Assembly (NCBI GenBank): GCA_003343885.1
Contig: QAKH01000071.1
Coordinates: 7,357 to 71,356, forward strand
Reading direction: 5' to 3'
Source: Clostridiales bacterium
GTDB taxonomy: Bacteria; Bacillota; Clostridia; Oscillospirales; CAG-382
DNA: 64,000 nucleotides
Shown here: positions 63,575-64,000 of the stretch, in pieces
Layout: each line of letters opens with the position of its first letter
Numbering within the stretch: position 1 is the stretch's first letter
Translations under genes and position numbers: made by a program
The notes under the pieces: model-generated
What the model saw: the letters and a program-made list of their open reading frames with translations, nothing else
What the model was told of the DNA's origin: nothing
Databases searched by the model: none

Positions 63575-64000
63575 GTGTCAAAGAGTTCGCGTCAAAAAAT
63601 GAAGCTGATATTTTTAAGGGATTATCTGCTTAAAAACACTGATGAAAATCACAGCGTAACAGTTAAGGATATAATTACGTATTTGGAAGAGTGCGGCATA
63701 TCGGCTGAAAGGAAGAGTATTTATGATGATATTGCTGTACTGAAAGACTCGGGTGTGGATATAGTTTCAGAAAAAAGCGAGCGAACGGTTTGGTATAAGA
63801 TTGTATCGAGAGACTTTGAGGTTTCAGAGCTTAAGTTGCTTGTTGATGCAGTACAGAGTTCGAGATTTATAACTGAGAAGAAATCATCTCAGCTAATTAA
63901 AAAAATTGAAAGTCTGTGCAGCAGGTATGAAGCGTATGAGCTTGACAGACAGTTGACTGTTGTGAACAGAATTAAGTCAATGAATGAAAGCATATATTAT
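63575..64000 (+). CDS. WYL-domain-type HTH transcriptional regulator, N-terminal part (runs off the window)
   Basis: RBS AGGAGA precedes GTG 63575 (or in-frame ATG 63599). The frame stays open to the window end. The segment ERKSIYDDIAVLKDSGVDI...ELKLLVDAVQSSRFITEKKSSQLIKKIESL...NRIKSMNESIYY is typical of this regulator family. Confidence 0.75.
   Translation, partial: MSKSSRQKMKLIFLRDYLLKNTDENHSVTVKDIITYLEECGISAERKSIYDDIAVLKDSGVDIVSEKSERTVWYKIVSRDFEVSELKLLVDAVQSSRFITEKKSSQLIKKIESLCSRYEAYELDRQLTVVNRIKSMNESIYY

Noticed and set aside
1-64000. CRISPR arrays, tRNA/rRNA genes, riboswitch-like leaders, IS elements, prophage or integrase genes
   Set aside because: I scanned the intergenic regions by eye. 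I found no regularly spaced repeats of 25 nt or longer, no GC-rich ~75-nt cloverleaf-like segments, and no transposase or integrase-like translations. A covariance-model scan would be needed for full confidence.

Overview
This is a 64-kb chromosomal segment that looks like a low-GC Gram-positive anaerobe (Clostridia-like). It has SLH-anchored surface proteins, ThyX, a class II aldolase and an ECF sigma/DUF4367 pair. The standard genetic code applies: TGA terminates fba and thyX. All calls come from reading the ORF translations and raw DNA and from recalled family motifs; no searches were run. I can support about 46 protein-coding genes, two decayed genes, about 10 intrinsic terminators and a few promoter or operator candidates. 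I saw no rRNA, tRNA, CRISPR array, transposase or integrase.

Layout:
- 0.1-11.9 kb: housekeeping genes (uxuA, fba, upp, ybaB, thyX, tmk, DJ-1, 5-formyl-THF cyclo-ligase, CPBP protease) plus a large leaderless WbsX-like protein.
- 11.95-13.5 kb: an AT-rich islet.
- 13.5-28.9 kb: an apparently terminator-free unit. It encodes an SBP-like lipoprotein, a short HlyD, a C39-peptidase ABC exporter, a second peptidase-less ABC exporter, a 2.8-kaa SLH-anchored multi-lectin surface protein, and an unannotated 50-codon double-glycine-leader peptide gene.
- 29-39 kb: a flavodoxin-like pair, an SGNH hydrolase, an ABC exporter, and an ECF sigma/anti-sigma pair followed by three secreted proteins.
- 40-46 kb: a 1648-aa helicase-like protein with degenerate catalytic motifs, tightly linked to an MreB paralog.
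- 46-53 kb: iPGM, two tandem GLUG-type secreted paralogs and a GH127-like enzyme.
- 53-57.6 kb: an ABC exporter next to a decaying sulfatase/anSME locus (truncated sulfatase stub; anSME with an in-frame TGA at a conserved Trp).
- 57.6-63.3 kb: fruR-fruK-fruA-ptsH-ptsI operon.
- Right edge: a partial WYL-type regulator.

The best candidates for something new are the orphan hydrophilic GG-leader peptide with its NHLM-type exporter, and the pseudo-helicase/MreB gene pair.
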